Below are positions 38,456 to 48,994 of a stretch of DNA of 60,631 nucleotides, piece after piece. The stretch is taken from the NCBI GenBank assembly GCA_013153315.1, contig JAADES010000024.1:1-60631 (forward strand), given 5' to 3'. Under the pieces are notes generated by a model. That model saw nothing but the letters and a program-made list of their open reading frames with translations. It searched no databases and was not told where the DNA came from. This DNA is from Aquificota bacterium (GTDB lineage: Bacteria; Aquificota; Aquificia; Aquificales; QOAS01). The translations under genes and the position numbers were made by a program. Position 1 is the first letter of the stretch; every line of letters begins with the position of its first letter.

Positions 38456-39493
38456 TTAAACCTCTCCGAGGGTTGCTATTTTTTGGAAAAATTCCATATC
38501 GGTCACAAAATCATCGGTATATCTAATGTAGAGCTTTCCAACGGGATATTCCCAATCTCTGGGAGGTTCTTGATTTAGAGCCGCCATTAGGAGCCTTGCA
38601 GGTAAATTTATCCCCGCTCCGGTTGCAAAATATACCCACGCGGGGAAACGGGGATTTATTTCGATTAGGTAAAGCTCTCCCTCTTCGGAATAAATGCATT
38701 CCAACTCGAAGGGGCCCCTCCATTTGAACTCGGAAACAAAATTTTGGGCCGCCTCTATAACTTTGGGGTTTTTAATGGTTACGCCCGTCCAAATTTTTCC
38801 CAGTTGGGTAATCCAAAGTTTTTTTATGTTTAAAAAACCAAAATGTCCGCCTTCACCGTCTCCCACACCTACAAGGTTTAACTCCTCACCCTTGACCACT
38901 TGCTGAACCAAAACGGGATAACCCCATTCGGCCACTATGGCGTTAAATTTCTCCACAGCTTCGGCGTAGTTGTAAACTTTGTAAGCTTTGTAGAATAAGC
39001 CCTTAATCATGGCAGGATAGCCCACTTCGTTAAGGGCTTCCTGCAGTCCTTTGTAGTCTATAACGCTGAAGGTTTTAGGGGATTTTGCCCCTATTTTATC
39101 TGCTATTTCGGGCAGTTTTTCTTTGGAGCGAAGCCTAAACTGTTCCTTAGTTGGAAGAAAATTGGCTATTCCGTAGTCTTTTAGCTTTTGGGCGTACTCA
39201 ATATAGAGGGGCAATTCGGCGTCAAGGTTTGGTATTACTGCGTCCAAGCCGTAGGTGTTTTTTATATAGAGCAATCTTTCAATGTAAGCGTCGGCTCCTT
39301 GGGAAGGGTAGGGCATCAAGTAGGAGCGGTCGATTAACCACTTCATATAAATGCCCGGCTCCATAGTGTCATAGGCCAGACCTACTATAGAAATATCTTT
39401 ATTCCATTCTTTTATGCTTTTTGCCACTCCCACACCGGGGCCGGGATTGTCTACTGCATTTATGCCGCTAATGCCTACTTTTAGTTTATCCAT
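38456..39493 (-). CDS. ATP-grasp domain protein of unknown specificity
   Basis: The 345-aa ORF has an ATP-grasp core (YPAMIKG, LVQQVVKGEE, LYLIEINPRFPAWV). No partner gene is adjacent. Confidence 0.65.
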   Translation of the reverse strand: MDKLKVGISGINAVDNPGPGVGVAKSIKEWNKDISIVGLAYDTMEPGIYMKWLIDRSYLMPYPSQGADAYIERLLYIKNTYGLDAVIPNLDAELPLYIEYAQKLKDYGIANFLPTKEQFRLRSKEKLPEIADKIGAKSPKTFSVIDYKGLQEALNEVGYPAMIKGLFYKAYKVYNYAEAVEKFNAIVAEWGYPVLVQQVVKGEELNLVGVGDGEGGHFGFLNIKKLWITQLGKIWTGVTIKNPKVIEAAQNFVSEFKWRGPFELECIYSEEGELYLIEINPRFPAWVYFATGAGINLPARLLMAALNQEPPRDWEYPVGKLYIRYTDDFVTDMEFFQKIATLGEV

Positions 39494-39559
39494 TGGGTTC
39501 TTAGTTTATGACGGGCTGAACCGAGCTGTTTAACCCTACTAAAAAAGTTAAATATCTTT

Positions 39560-40633
39560 CTAACTTCTAACCTCTTTAAAAACCTCCTCCAAAAGGGTTT
39601 GAACCATCTCTTCCTCTTTGACGGTTTTAATAACTACCCCTTTACGAAATAGCAGAGCCCGACCCTTACCGCAGGCAAGTCCTATATCGGCCTCTTTAGC
39701 CTCACCGGGGCCGTTTACCACACAACCCATAATGGCTACTTTTAAAGGTTTTTTAACCCCTTTGAGTTTTTCTTTTACTTCTTTCACCACCTTGGGAAGG
39801 TCTACTTCTATTCTTCCACAGGTTGGACAGGATATTATTTCCACCCCCCTTTTTCTTAAACCGAGGGAGCCCAAAATTTGGTAGGCAACTTCTATTTCCT
39901 CCACAGGGTCACCGGTTAGTGAAACCCTTAGGGTGTCCCCTATGCCCAAATAAAGCAATATCCCTATACCTACGGAGGATTTTATTACTCCACTTTCTCC
40001 AAAACCGGCCTCGGTAATTCCTATATGTAGAGGAATATCCGTCTTTGAGGCGAAAATTTTATTAGCTTCAACGCAGGTTAAAACATCGCTCCCTTTAATG
40101 GAAACTTTAAAGTTTTTAAAGCCCCACTTTTCAAATTTTTCGCTCCACCTTAGGGCACTGTGGGCCAAAGCTTCGGCGGTAGGTCGGCCGTATTTTTCCA
40201 AAAGGTCTTTTTCCAGCGAGCCGCTATTTACCCCTATTCTTATGGCCACATTTTTTAACCTTGCATGCTCTACGATTTCCCTAACCAGACTTTCGTCTCC
40301 TATATTTCCGGGATTTATCCTAATGCCGTGGGCACCTTTATCCATAGCTTCAAGAGCCAAAGAGGCCTTAAAGTGTATATCGGCAATTATTGGTACGGGG
40401 GATTCTTTCACTATGGTTTCTAAGGCTTGGGCATCTTCTTCGGTAGGCACGGCAACCCTTACAATTTCACAACCGGCTTCGTATAGTCTCCTTATTTGGT
40501 TTAAGGTTTCTTTTATGTTCCTTGTTTTGGTCGATGTCATTGATTGAACCACTATTGGGTGGTCGGAACCTATTTTTACCCACCCTACGGAAATTTCTCT
40601 TGTTTTTCTCCTTGGAAGGGAAAGAGTGGTCAT
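39560..40633 (-). CDS. ispG: 4-hydroxy-3-methylbut-2-en-1-yl diphosphate synthase (MEP pathway)
   Basis: The 357-aa ORF has GSDHPIVVQSMT, RINPGNIG and the C-terminal Fe-S cysteines (ISCPTCGR, GCVVNGPGE). Confidence 0.9.
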   Translation of the reverse strand: MTTLSLPRRKTREISVGWVKIGSDHPIVVQSMTSTKTRNIKETLNQIRRLYEAGCEIVRVAVPTEEDAQALETIVKESPVPIIADIHFKASLALEAMDKGAHGIRINPGNIGDESLVREIVEHARLKNVAIRIGVNSGSLEKDLLEKYGRPTAEALAHSALRWSEKFEKWGFKNFKVSIKGSDVLTCVEANKIFASKTDIPLHIGITEAGFGESGVIKSSVGIGILLYLGIGDTLRVSLTGDPVEEIEVAYQILGSLGLRKRGVEIISCPTCGRIEVDLPKVVKEVKEKLKGVKKPLKVAIMGCVVNGPGEAKEADIGLACGKGRALLFRKGVVIKTVKEEEMVQTLLEEVFKEVRS

Positions 40634-40695
40634 AAAAAGGAATTGTTAAGCCAACCTAAAACCTATAAAAGGAATTTTCTTATAAAAGGAAAACT

Positions 40696-41376
40696 TTAAG
40701 AGTTTTGGGGATTATCTTTACCTTTTTTGGTTTTCTTTTGTAACTTTTCCTTAAAGTGTTCTTCTACCATTTTTTGGGCCGCCTTCTGTTCGGCTTCTTT
40801 TTTAGTTTTTCCTTCCCCGAGGGTAGAAAATTCTTTGACTTTACATTCAACGGTAAAGGTTTGGTCGTGGGGTGGCCCTTCGGCTTTTACCAGCTCATAG
40901 GATGGTTTTTCTTTAAACATAGATTGGGTAATTTCCTGCAGTATCGATTTGTAGTCGAAATAGAGACCCTGCCTTACCGCCTCTATAATTTCCTCCTCAA
41001 AATGGTAACGGAATAACCTTTTTACAAAGTCTATACTTCTACCGCTGTCCACATATATGGCGGCCCAGATTGCCTCAAAGACATCGGCCAATACGGAGGG
41101 GGAATTTCGACGGCCTTTTATTTCTTCACTACGGCTTAGGTAAATAAAGTCTTGAACATTCCACTTTTTTGCCAGCTTGGATAAAAAATTTTCAGATATT
41201 AAAAAAGCTTTTGCTGCCGCCAATTTTTTTAGCGGCATGCGGGTAAATTTTTCAGTAAGAATATCAACTATTAAAAAGTTCACCACCGAATCACCTAAGA
41301 ACTCCAAACGTTCATAGTTGTAGTTAAGGTCCTTTTGTTTTGCATAGGAAATATGGGTTAACGCCTGAAGGAGCAA
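40696..41376 (-). CDS. rnc: ribonuclease III
   Basis: The 226-aa ORF has the RNase III signature ERLEFLGDSV and a C-terminal dsRBD (GPPHDQTFTVECKV..GEGKTKKEAEQKAA). It starts at a TTG, and the frame is closed just upstream. Confidence 0.85.
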   Translation of the reverse strand: MLLQALTHISYAKQKDLNYNYERLEFLGDSVVNFLIVDILTEKFTRMPLKKLAAAKAFLISENFLSKLAKKWNVQDFIYLSRSEEIKGRRNSPSVLADVFEAIWAAIYVDSGRSIDFVKRLFRYHFEEEIIEAVRQGLYFDYKSILQEITQSMFKEKPSYELVKAEGPPHDQTFTVECKVKEFSTLGEGKTKKEAEQKAAQKMVEEHFKEKLQKKTKKGKDNPQNS

Positions 41377-41455
41377 ATTTTTTTTTTAAAACAATAATGG
41401 AGCTTTTCTTCCAATTTCCTTAAATCGGTTTCCATAGGAAAACAATATAGAGCTA

Positions 41456-42088
41456 ATGCCCAAAATAGAGCCCTTTGAAAGGTATGCCGATTACTACGAG
41501 CAATGGTTCGAAAGAAATAAAAATCTTTTCCTTTCGGAGCTGAAACTTTTATCTTCCCTTTTGGAGGATGCTAATAAAGAATCTTCCCTCGAAGTTGGGG
41601 TAGGTAGCGGTATATTTGCCCACCCGTTGGGGATAAAAATAGGGGTAGACCCCTCAATGGAAATGTTGAAAAGGGCCCTTAAAAGGGGTATTAAAGTAGT
41701 CCGAGGGGTAGCCGAAAAATTACCCTTCCATGCAAAGGTTTTCCAAACGGTTCTTATGGTAACCACAATATGTTTTGTAGACGACCCAATCCTTTCCTTT
41801 AAGGAAATTGAAAGGGTTTTAAAAACGAATGGCACCTTGGTGGTTGGTTTTGTAGATAAAGAGAGTTTTTTAGGTAAACTTTACGAGGCGAAAAAAACCC
41901 ACAGTAAATTCTACGGCCCGGCCACCTTCTATTCCACCGAAGAAATTATCCGTCTGGTGGAAAACCATACCAACCTAAAATTGGTCGAAGTTAAACAAAC
42001 CCTTTTTGGTAAGGAAAATATCTTCTACCCTACCGAGGAAGGTTATGGAAAGGGGGCATTTGTGGGACTAAAATTTAAACTTCCCTAA
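41456..42088 (+). CDS. class I SAM-dependent methyltransferase
   Basis: The 210-aa ORF has motif I LEVGVGSGIF and a Methyltransf_11-like layout. Confidence 0.7.
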   Translation: MPKIEPFERYADYYEQWFERNKNLFLSELKLLSSLLEDANKESSLEVGVGSGIFAHPLGIKIGVDPSMEMLKRALKRGIKVVRGVAEKLPFHAKVFQTVLMVTTICFVDDPILSFKEIERVLKTNGTLVVGFVDKESFLGKLYEAKKTHSKFYGPATFYSTEEIIRLVENHTNLKLVEVKQTLFGKENIFYPTEEGYGKGAFVGLKFKLP

Positions 42089-42102
42089 TCTTTAAAAGAA
42101 GT

Positions 42103-42543
42103 TTAACCTTCCCATTCAAGGTAAGGGCCAACATCTTCCACATAACGGATATCTTCTACCTTTTCGCCCTTTGGGTGGGTTACATAATATATCCACGCCT
42201 TTATAGGTTTTCTTTTTCCGCCCTCAAAGAGGTCTATATCGATAATCATCCTCTTGTAGTGATAGGGAAATCCTTCAAGGAAATCCAATTTTTCCAACTG
42301 CTCGGGGGAGGTTAATTTATAAACTTCCACCTTCAGGGGTAAACCCAAAGGGTTGGGCACCGCCATAGGGTAGCCAACATCAAACAAGTCAAAGTTTTCT
42401 TGGGTTATACCTTCTCCTACAAAAATGGCATCCTTTAAATAGTGATGGTTCCAATATCCCTTCTTCAAAGTTCCGTAAACGGCTACATAGGGGCATTTTT
42501 TAAAGGCTCTCTCCGGGTCGTAAAGCTTTAGTTCTTTTTCCAT
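42103..42543 (-). CDS. gamma-glutamylcyclotransferase (AIG2/GGCT-like) family protein
   Basis: The 146-aa ORF has the N-terminal VAVYGTLKKGYWNHH motif and a downstream LDxxEG segment (LDFLEGFP). Confidence 0.65.
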   Translation of the reverse strand: MEKELKLYDPERAFKKCPYVAVYGTLKKGYWNHHYLKDAIFVGEGITQENFDLFDVGYPMAVPNPLGLPLKVEVYKLTSPEQLEKLDFLEGFPYHYKRMIIDIDLFEGGKRKPIKAWIYYVTHPKGEKVEDIRYVEDVGPYLEWEG

Positions 42544-42597
42544 TTAGCAAATAAAATATAGGGAAAAAGATTTTGATACAAAAACAAATTGCATGTG

Positions 42598-43713
42598 CTA
42601 ATTTTGAGCATTTTTATGTTTGTTGGCCCACCACTTAAGGTAGGCTTCTATAAATCCATCTATTTCTCCATCCATTACCGCGTCTATGCGGCTTTCTTCG
42701 TAGCCCGTTCTTAAATCTTTAACCAGTTGGTAGGGGGTAAAGACGTAGGAACGGATTTGATGGCCCCAACCTATGTCGGTTTTTTCTCCTTCGTATTGTT
42801 TTCTCTTTTCTTCCAATTTCTGAAGCTCCAACTGGTAAAGTTTGGCTTTTAGAATTTTTAAAGCTTTTTGTTTGTTTTGAAATTGGGAACGTTCATCCTG
42901 GCACTGCACCACTATGCCGGTGGGCAGGTGGGTTATTCGGACGGCTGTGTCGGTGGTGTTAACATACTGGCCGCCCGCACCGCTGGAACGGAAGGTTTCT
43001 ATTTTTAAGTCTTCGGGTCGAATTTCTATTTGGATTTCTTCATCTATTTCGGGTGCTACCTGAACGGAAGCAAAAGAAGTGTGTCGGCGTTTGTTGGCAT
43101 CGAAGGGCGAAATTCTAACCAACCTATGAACGCCACTTTCGCCCCTTAAATAACCGTAAGCGTAAGGGCCTTTTATATGCAAGGTAGCGCTTTTTATACC
43201 CGCCACATCATCGGGGGTTATATCAACCACCTCAACGGTGTAGCCATGTTTTTGTGCCCAGCGGGTGTACATTCTCATTAACATTTGAGCCCAGTCGCAG
43301 GCTTCCGTTCCGCCGGCCCCCGCCTGAATGGTTAAAAAGGCATTTTTAGAATCCATTTCCCCACTTAGGTAGGTCTTTATTTCCAACTCGTGGATTTCCT
43401 TTTCGAGGTTTTTAATTTCTTCCTCCAAAAGGGATAGGTTTTCTATATCCGTTTCGGGAACCTCCGATAGCATTTCTTCTATTCCTTCCAAGGAACTTTG
43501 GATGTTTTCAAATTTTTTTAGGGTTTCCTCTATAAACTTCCTTTTTTGGAGGACTTCCTTAGCCTTGTTGGGGTCGTCCCAAAAGTTGGACGCCGACATT
43601 TGGGCATCAAGTTCTTTTAATTCCTTCTTTAGTTTTTCTATATCCAACGTTTGTTTTATGTCGGAAAATTTTTCTTTCAACTCCGTAAGGGTTTGCTCCA
43701 GTTCGTATTTCAT
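42598..43713 (-). CDS. prfB: peptide chain release factor 2
   Basis: The 371-aa ORF has the SPF tripeptide ([16 protein letters not shown]) and the GGQ motif (SGAGGQYVN). It is a single uninterrupted ORF from the N-terminus. Confidence 0.9.
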   Translation of the reverse strand: MKYELEQTLTELKEKFSDIKQTLDIEKLKKELKELDAQMSASNFWDDPNKAKEVLQKRKFIEETLKKFENIQSSLEGIEEMLSEVPETDIENLSLLEEEIKNLEKEIHELEIKTYLSGEMDSKNAFLTIQAGAGGTEACDWAQMLMRMYTRWAQKHGYTVEVVDITPDDVAGIKSATLHIKGPYAYGYLRGESGVHRLVRISPFDANKRRHTSFASVQVAPEIDEEIQIEIRPEDLKIETFRSSGAGGQYVNTTDTAVRITHLPTGIVVQCQDERSQFQNKQKALKILKAKLYQLELQKLEEKRKQYEGEKTDIGWGHQIRSYVFTPYQLVKDLRTGYEESRIDAVMDGEIDGFIEAYLKWWANKHKNAQN

Positions 43714-43808
43714 AGGAAGAAAAATTGTCCCTTGGAAGGGTTTTTAAAGGTTAATTTGTATTACCAAGGTTTTGGCTTTTTCAATATGGGATTGAGCCTG
43801 AAATCAAA

Positions 43809-44630
43809 TCAAACCTTAAAATGGAGCTTTGCAACTTTTTTTAAAACCTCCAACCCATACTTTTGTTCGATAAGTCTATAAATCTTTTTAGCCTGTGGGC
43901 CACTGCCGGGGGGTAGTTGAATACCTAAACTTCGGGAAAGTTTTTCCAAATAAATTTCGTAGTGGTATCGTGCCAGTATTGAGGCGGCCGCCACGGCGGG
44001 GTAGCGTTCGGCCTTAGTTTCTTCCACAAGAGATATTGGACAAGAGAGTGCCCTTTTTAAATAAGGGGCATTAGTAAACTTATCGACCACAGCCTTTTTT
44101 AAACCAAGTTTTAGATAAAGCCTTTCTATTACATTGGCGTGGCTGACTGCCAAAAGTTTGTTTAAATTCCCAAAGTCGGGATAAATATCGTTATAAGTTT
44201 GGGGCAAAATAACTACACAACTGTAGGTTGATAACTTTAATAACTCTTGGGCTATCTTATGTAAACTCTCCTTTGGAAGATTTTTAGAATCTCTAACACC
44301 CAAAGAAAGAACTTTTTTTGAATTTCTTGAGGTTAGACCGAAGGAACAAACCACCAAAGGGCCGAATAAATCCCCCTTTCCTGCCTCGTCGGAGCCTATA
44401 TAGTTAGTTTCCATTGAAAGGTTAGAAACAATTTTTTCCGCCAATCGGTCAACATCGCCCTTTCCTTGGATTAACAAAGTTCCGGTGGGGTAAAAAATCA
44501 CTTTAAAATCCTTACTGCGGTAGGAAAATAACACGTTGGGGTTTTCCTCTTTTTCCAAACCCAGTTTTTGCAGAATATTTTCTAAATCCTCTTTTTGGGT
44601 AGGTTGGAATTTTAAAACCTTGTTGGGCAT
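43809..44630 (-). CDS. rnhC: ribonuclease HIII
   Basis: The 273-aa ORF has the catalytic motif GSDEAGKGDLFGPLVV about 80 aa from the N-terminus, after an N-terminal substrate-binding domain. That placement indicates HIII rather than HII. Confidence 0.7.
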   Translation of the reverse strand: MPNKVLKFQPTQKEDLENILQKLGLEKEENPNVLFSYRSKDFKVIFYPTGTLLIQGKGDVDRLAEKIVSNLSMETNYIGSDEAGKGDLFGPLVVCSFGLTSRNSKKVLSLGVRDSKNLPKESLHKIAQELLKLSTYSCVVILPQTYNDIYPDFGNLNKLLAVSHANVIERLYLKLGLKKAVVDKFTNAPYLKRALSCPISLVEETKAERYPAVAAASILARYHYEIYLEKLSRSLGIQLPPGSGPQAKKIYRLIEQKYGLEVLKKVAKLHFKV

Positions 44631-44744
44631 TGTATAAATAGTAGACCTTACGAGGTTTTTGAAAGCTTACTTTTTTTAAAAATTGTTATGGATATCACAA
44701 GCATTTAAAACCCTTTTGAAGGAATAAAGAAAAAGAAGAAAACT

Positions 44745-45356
44745 TTATTCGGAAGATTTTATATTTTCCCCACGGCGGGTTTGTTTTTGGAAAATGTAGT
44801 CAATAAGACGGTTTAGAATACCACCAACATAATCGACCTTTTTGCGGTAATCGAAATTTTTGAAGTTTAGGCTTAACATTGCCAAATAGATATCCTCCAG
44901 CACCTGGCGAACTTCCCAAGCAAAGTCGATATTGTCTTTAATCATCTCTTCCACCGCTTTACGCAGAAGTTCACCGGCGGCGTCCATAAGCCCGGTGACA
45001 TACGCCTCTTCGGGAACCCCCAATTCTTCGTGGGTGGGAAGCCGTTTTTCCTTCAGGTAGTGATAAACAACCTCTGCCTCTACATACTCTTGAAGGGGTA
45101 TAAAAGCGTTGTTGTAATATTGGGGGTAGCGGGTTGTAACTTCTTCCAACAGTTGTTTGGCAAGTTGACGGTTTTCTTGAATGTATTTTTCCGCCTCCTC
45201 CCAATCGTCCCTTATGAGGGAGTAAATGATGGTTTTGGAATTTTTATTAATAGTTCTTCCCAACTGCAGGAGTTCGTCCCTTTTATCTTCCAATTGGCGG
45301 AAGGTGTTTTTTAGTTGGTTAACATACTCGGGCTTTAGGTATTTTCCTTTCTTCAT
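44745..45356 (-). CDS. putative translin-family protein
   Basis: The 203-aa all-helical ORF has a length and helix pattern (..DKRDELLQLGRTINKNSKTIIYSLIR.., ..YVTGLMDAAGELLRKAVE..) that resemble prokaryotic translin-like proteins. The call is from memory only. Confidence 0.4.
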   Translation of the reverse strand: MKKGKYLKPEYVNQLKNTFRQLEDKRDELLQLGRTINKNSKTIIYSLIRDDWEEAEKYIQENRQLAKQLLEEVTTRYPQYYNNAFIPLQEYVEAEVVYHYLKEKRLPTHEELGVPEEAYVTGLMDAAGELLRKAVEEMIKDNIDFAWEVRQVLEDIYLAMLSLNFKNFDYRKKVDYVGGILNRLIDYIFQKQTRRGENIKSSE

Positions 45357-45371
45357 TTGAATGGATTTTAA

Positions 45372-47234
45372 TTAGGAAGAGGAAAAATCCGGTTTTATTC
45401 CCAAATAGGAGGAAACCTCATTAACAATTTCCCTCCAGTAGGGGGCGGCCACCGTTCCCCCGTAAAGGAGGTATCTTCTTGGAGCCTGAGGTTGGTCTAC
45501 CAAAACCAATAAAACATATTTAGGATTGTTGTAAGGAAAATACCCTATAAAGGAAGTTACATATTTGGTTTTAGAATAGCGGTGCAGTTTTTTATCGTAA
45601 ATCGCTGCAGTTCCCGTTTTGCCTCCAACCTTGTAATAATAGGGGTTGGCTTTTTTACCCGTTCCCTCCAAAACTATAAGGTGCAAAACCTTTTTTAACC
45701 AACTTCGGGTTTTCTCATCGAAAAGGGGCCGGTTTGGGTTCAAATAGGATGGTTTAGCCTCATAAAGGATTTTTCCGTCTTCCCTAACAACCCTTTTTAC
45801 CAATAAAGGTTTGGGTGCATATCCGGTAAGCAGGGCGGCATAGGAAGTTACCAGATGAATGGGTGTCAACGCCAAACCGTGACCGAAGGCTATATAAAGC
45901 CTATTTGCAGGATACTTCAACGGTGGTATTAAACCCGCAGTAGACCCCGGAAAGTTGGAAATAACTTTATTCCACTTTAAGGTTTCTATTAAATCTTTAA
46001 CATCTTCCAAAGTGAGCTTTTTGGCTATTTGAACGGTTCCCACGTTGGAAGAGTGAATTAAAACCTCGGCGGGGGTTAAATATTGTTTAGGAAGTCGCTC
46101 GGCGTCCCTTACCCAATGACGGCCCACCCTAACCTTGCCGTGGTCGATGTAAATTTTATCGTCGGGTTTTATATAACCCTTGTAAAGGGCCATACCTACA
46201 AAGAAGGGTTTTATAACCGAACCCATTTCAAAAACATCCATAAAAGCGGGATTTCTACTGTTTAAAAACTCCTGCCAATTTCGGAAAGGTTTGTTAGGGT
46301 CAAAGTCGGGATAGACCGCCAACCCCTTAATTTCCCCTGTATGGATATCCATCAATATGAGTACAACCTTTTTAGGGTTCCATCTTTGAACTATTTCATT
46401 TTTTACCCTTTCGAGGATAGCCTGAATAGTCCCATCTATGGTTAGATAAACATCTCCCACGAAGAGGTTTTTAACTTTTGAGGCTATAGGCTGGTCGATA
46501 ATTTTTAAACCCCTTAAACCCCTTATATAGGGTATTTCTATGGGGCCCTTATAAAGGTATTTATTCTCCATTAATTCGATGCCCGCCCGTCCTGTTCCGT
46601 TGGAAGATACAAAACCCACCGTATTGGCCAAATATCGACCTTGGGGATAGAACCTTTTATAGGCTTTGGTGTATCCGAACCACTTTAGAACATGCAAATA
46701 ATGAAGGGCCAAAGCCAGTTTTGGGCTTTTGGTTTTTTGGTAATATTCCCGAATTTTATCCTCGTCGTAGGTTCTTATACCTATAACTTCCTTTGCGAGG
46801 GTTATAACTTTGTGGATTATTTCCTTACGGCGTTTTTTGTATTTTTCCCAAACTTCCCAATCGGTGGTTTCGTAAATTTTTACATAACCTTCTTTGGATT
46901 GGAGTTTCTTTAACAACTCCGAAGGGGGTATTCCAAAAACGGGGCCAAATTCCTTCGCAAGCAATTCTATATCGGTATCATCCAGGCGGTTGGTCAAAGC
47001 AAAAAAGACAAAACTATTAAGGGATAGAGCCAAGGGAATGCCGTCTTCGGTGTAGATAGCCCCCCTCCAGCCGGGGAATTTTATAACCCTTTCGGTATTG
47101 AATTTTTTTAGCAACCTTTCGAAGGGTTTATCGTCCATTAAAACCTGGATTTGGAAATACCTAACCGCCAGAAGGAGGAACATAGATAGGAAAAACAGGT
47201 AAAGGAGCAGATATTTAAACCGTAAAGAGGGCAT
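45372..47234 (-). CDS. class B penicillin-binding protein (peptidoglycan D,D-transpeptidase, FtsI/PBP2 type)
   Basis: The 620-aa ORF has an N-terminal TM anchor and the SxxK (SVIKP), SxN (SSN) and KTGT (GGKTGTA) motifs in order. Confidence 0.85.
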   Translation of the reverse strand: MPSLRFKYLLLYLFFLSMFLLLAVRYFQIQVLMDDKPFERLLKKFNTERVIKFPGWRGAIYTEDGIPLALSLNSFVFFALTNRLDDTDIELLAKEFGPVFGIPPSELLKKLQSKEGYVKIYETTDWEVWEKYKKRRKEIIHKVITLAKEVIGIRTYDEDKIREYYQKTKSPKLALALHYLHVLKWFGYTKAYKRFYPQGRYLANTVGFVSSNGTGRAGIELMENKYLYKGPIEIPYIRGLRGLKIIDQPIASKVKNLFVGDVYLTIDGTIQAILERVKNEIVQRWNPKKVVLILMDIHTGEIKGLAVYPDFDPNKPFRNWQEFLNSRNPAFMDVFEMGSVIKPFFVGMALYKGYIKPDDKIYIDHGKVRVGRHWVRDAERLPKQYLTPAEVLIHSSNVGTVQIAKKLTLEDVKDLIETLKWNKVISNFPGSTAGLIPPLKYPANRLYIAFGHGLALTPIHLVTSYAALLTGYAPKPLLVKRVVREDGKILYEAKPSYLNPNRPLFDEKTRSWLKKVLHLIVLEGTGKKANPYYYKVGGKTGTAAIYDKKLHRYSKTKYVTSFIGYFPYNNPKYVLLVLVDQPQAPRRYLLYGGTVAAPYWREIVNEVSSYLGIKPDFSSS

Positions 47235-47245
47235 GGAAAAAAAAG

Positions 47246-48637
47246 TTAAACTTCGGTGCCTCCTAAGGTTAGTTTTTTAATTCTTAAAGTTGGCTGGGCG
47301 TCGGTAACGGGAACGCCCTGGCCGTCTTTTCCGCAAGTTCCTATAGACCAACCTAAGTCATTTCCTACGGCTTCCACATCTTGGAGGGCTTTAGGGCCGT
47401 TTCCTATGAGGGTAGCCCCGCGGATGGGGTAGGTTATTTTTCCGTTTTCTATGAGGTAGGCTTCCATAACTTCGAAGACAAAGTCGCCGGTGGTTGTGTT
47501 AACTTCGCCCCCTCCCATTTTAACTATGTAAATACCTTTTTTGGTATCGGCAATTATGTCTTGGGGATTATCTTTACCCGGAGCTATGTAGGTGTTGGTC
47601 ATTCTAACTATGGGGGCAAAGCGGTAGGATTGGCGTCTTCCGTTTCCTGTAGATTGTTTGCCTTCCCGCATAGCCGTTAGGCGGTCGTACATATAGCCCT
47701 GCAAAACTCCTTCGGAAATTAGGACTTTTTTCTGGGCCGGCACCCCCTCGTCGTCAATGGAAAAGCTTCCGTTATGGTGGGGTAAGGTTGCGTCATCTAT
47801 AACTGTTACAAGCTCGGAGGCAACTTTTTGGCCGATTTTGCCCGCATATACCGAAATACCCTTTTGAACCAGGTCGGCCTCCAAGCCGTGGCCCACCGCC
47901 TCGTGTATCATTGTGCCGCCTGCTTCGGAAGATATAACCACCGTAAACTGGCCGGCGGGTGCCGGTTTGGCTTTAAGCATAGTTAACGCTCGACGGGTCG
48001 CCTTTTCTGCTATAACCTCGGGAGGGGTTTGTTCGAAAATTTCAAACCCAACCAGGCCCCCTAAACTTTCATAACCCCTTTGGAGGTTTCCATTTTCCCC
48101 CACCACCGTTTCGACAAAAAAGACAACCCTTTTTTGGGTATCTTCTCCAATTTCTCCCAAGGAGTTTATTACCAAAATTTCCCTCGTTTTGTCCATTAAC
48201 ACCGCCTGAACCTGTTTAACTTTATCGCCTCCTACCTCGCGGGCTTTTTGGTTTGCCCTTTCCAAGATTTCAACGCGGTAGGATAGGGGTGTTTGGTCGG
48301 GGTCTATTTTTACATCGGTGGTTCCTACCCTTTTTATAAGGCCCCAGTTAACGGGCCCTTGACCGTCGGCTTTTGCCAGGACTTTAGCTATTTCCAGCAA
48401 ATTAGACAGGGTGGGTTCGTTGGTGTAGCCGTAATAAACTTTAAAGTCCTTTATAAGCCGCAAACCTACCCCGCCGTCAAAGCCGTGTAAAACTTTATCG
48501 ACCTTACCATTTTCGTAATGAACGCGGGTAGTTCTCGAATGCTCAAAAAATATTTCGGCGTATTGTCCCCCGTTGGACAAAAGGGTAGAAAGGATATATC
48601 CTCCCTTCGAAAGGAGGAGTTCTTTAACTTTTTCCAT
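47246..48637 (-). CDS. tldD: metalloprotease TldD
   Basis: The HEAVGHGLEAD zinc motif is present. The length is about 463 aa from the ATG at 48637 (MEKVKELLL). The ORF-track extension to 48799 adds 54 aa with no TldD-like logic. Confidence 0.85.
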   Translation of the reverse strand: MEKVKELLLSKGGYILSTLLSNGGQYAEIFFEHSRTTRVHYENGKVDKVLHGFDGGVGLRLIKDFKVYYGYTNEPTLSNLLEIAKVLAKADGQGPVNWGLIKRVGTTDVKIDPDQTPLSYRVEILERANQKAREVGGDKVKQVQAVLMDKTREILVINSLGEIGEDTQKRVVFFVETVVGENGNLQRGYESLGGLVGFEIFEQTPPEVIAEKATRRALTMLKAKPAPAGQFTVVISSEAGGTMIHEAVGHGLEADLVQKGISVYAGKIGQKVASELVTVIDDATLPHHNGSFSIDDEGVPAQKKVLISEGVLQGYMYDRLTAMREGKQSTGNGRRQSYRFAPIVRMTNTYIAPGKDNPQDIIADTKKGIYIVKMGGGEVNTTTGDFVFEVMEAYLIENGKITYPIRGATLIGNGPKALQDVEAVGNDLGWSIGTCGKDGQGVPVTDAQPTLRIKKLTLGGTEV

Positions 48638-48994
48638 CGTATTTAATACCTTAAGAAAGGGGTAGCTTTCTACCAAAGCCCAATTTTTGGAGTTCTGAAA
48701 GGTTTTTGCAACGGCAGGAAAAAATATTCTTTTTTCCTCTTGTTGGTTAAATAAATTAACTTCCAAAGAAGGTTGTTTAAAATTATGCAAATCCACCAAT
48801 TGGGAAATTTTTGATACTTGGAAGGGGTTTTAAAAACTTTTCAAAGATTGGAAATCCGGCTATTTGCTCAAAAATAAGGAACTATCATCTTATGATAAAA
48901 GATATGACTTTATTCAACAAGTTTAACTAAGTTAAGATTTTTTTGTGAAAATTAAACCCATAAGAAGAAAGAATAAATAACTTCAAACAGCAAG

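Noticed and set aside
41377-41390. Poly-T tract immediately upstream of the rnc TTG start
   Set aside because: It is a short homopolymer in a promoter or SD-less leader. The upstream frame is closed by a stop, so there is no evidence of slippage-based regulation.
42598-43713. Programmed +1 frameshift expected in many prfB genes
   Set aside because: The RF2 ORF is uninterrupted from MKYELEQ through the SPF and GGQ motifs. No in-frame UGA with an upstream SD-like element occurs near codon 25, and many bacteria lack the frameshift.
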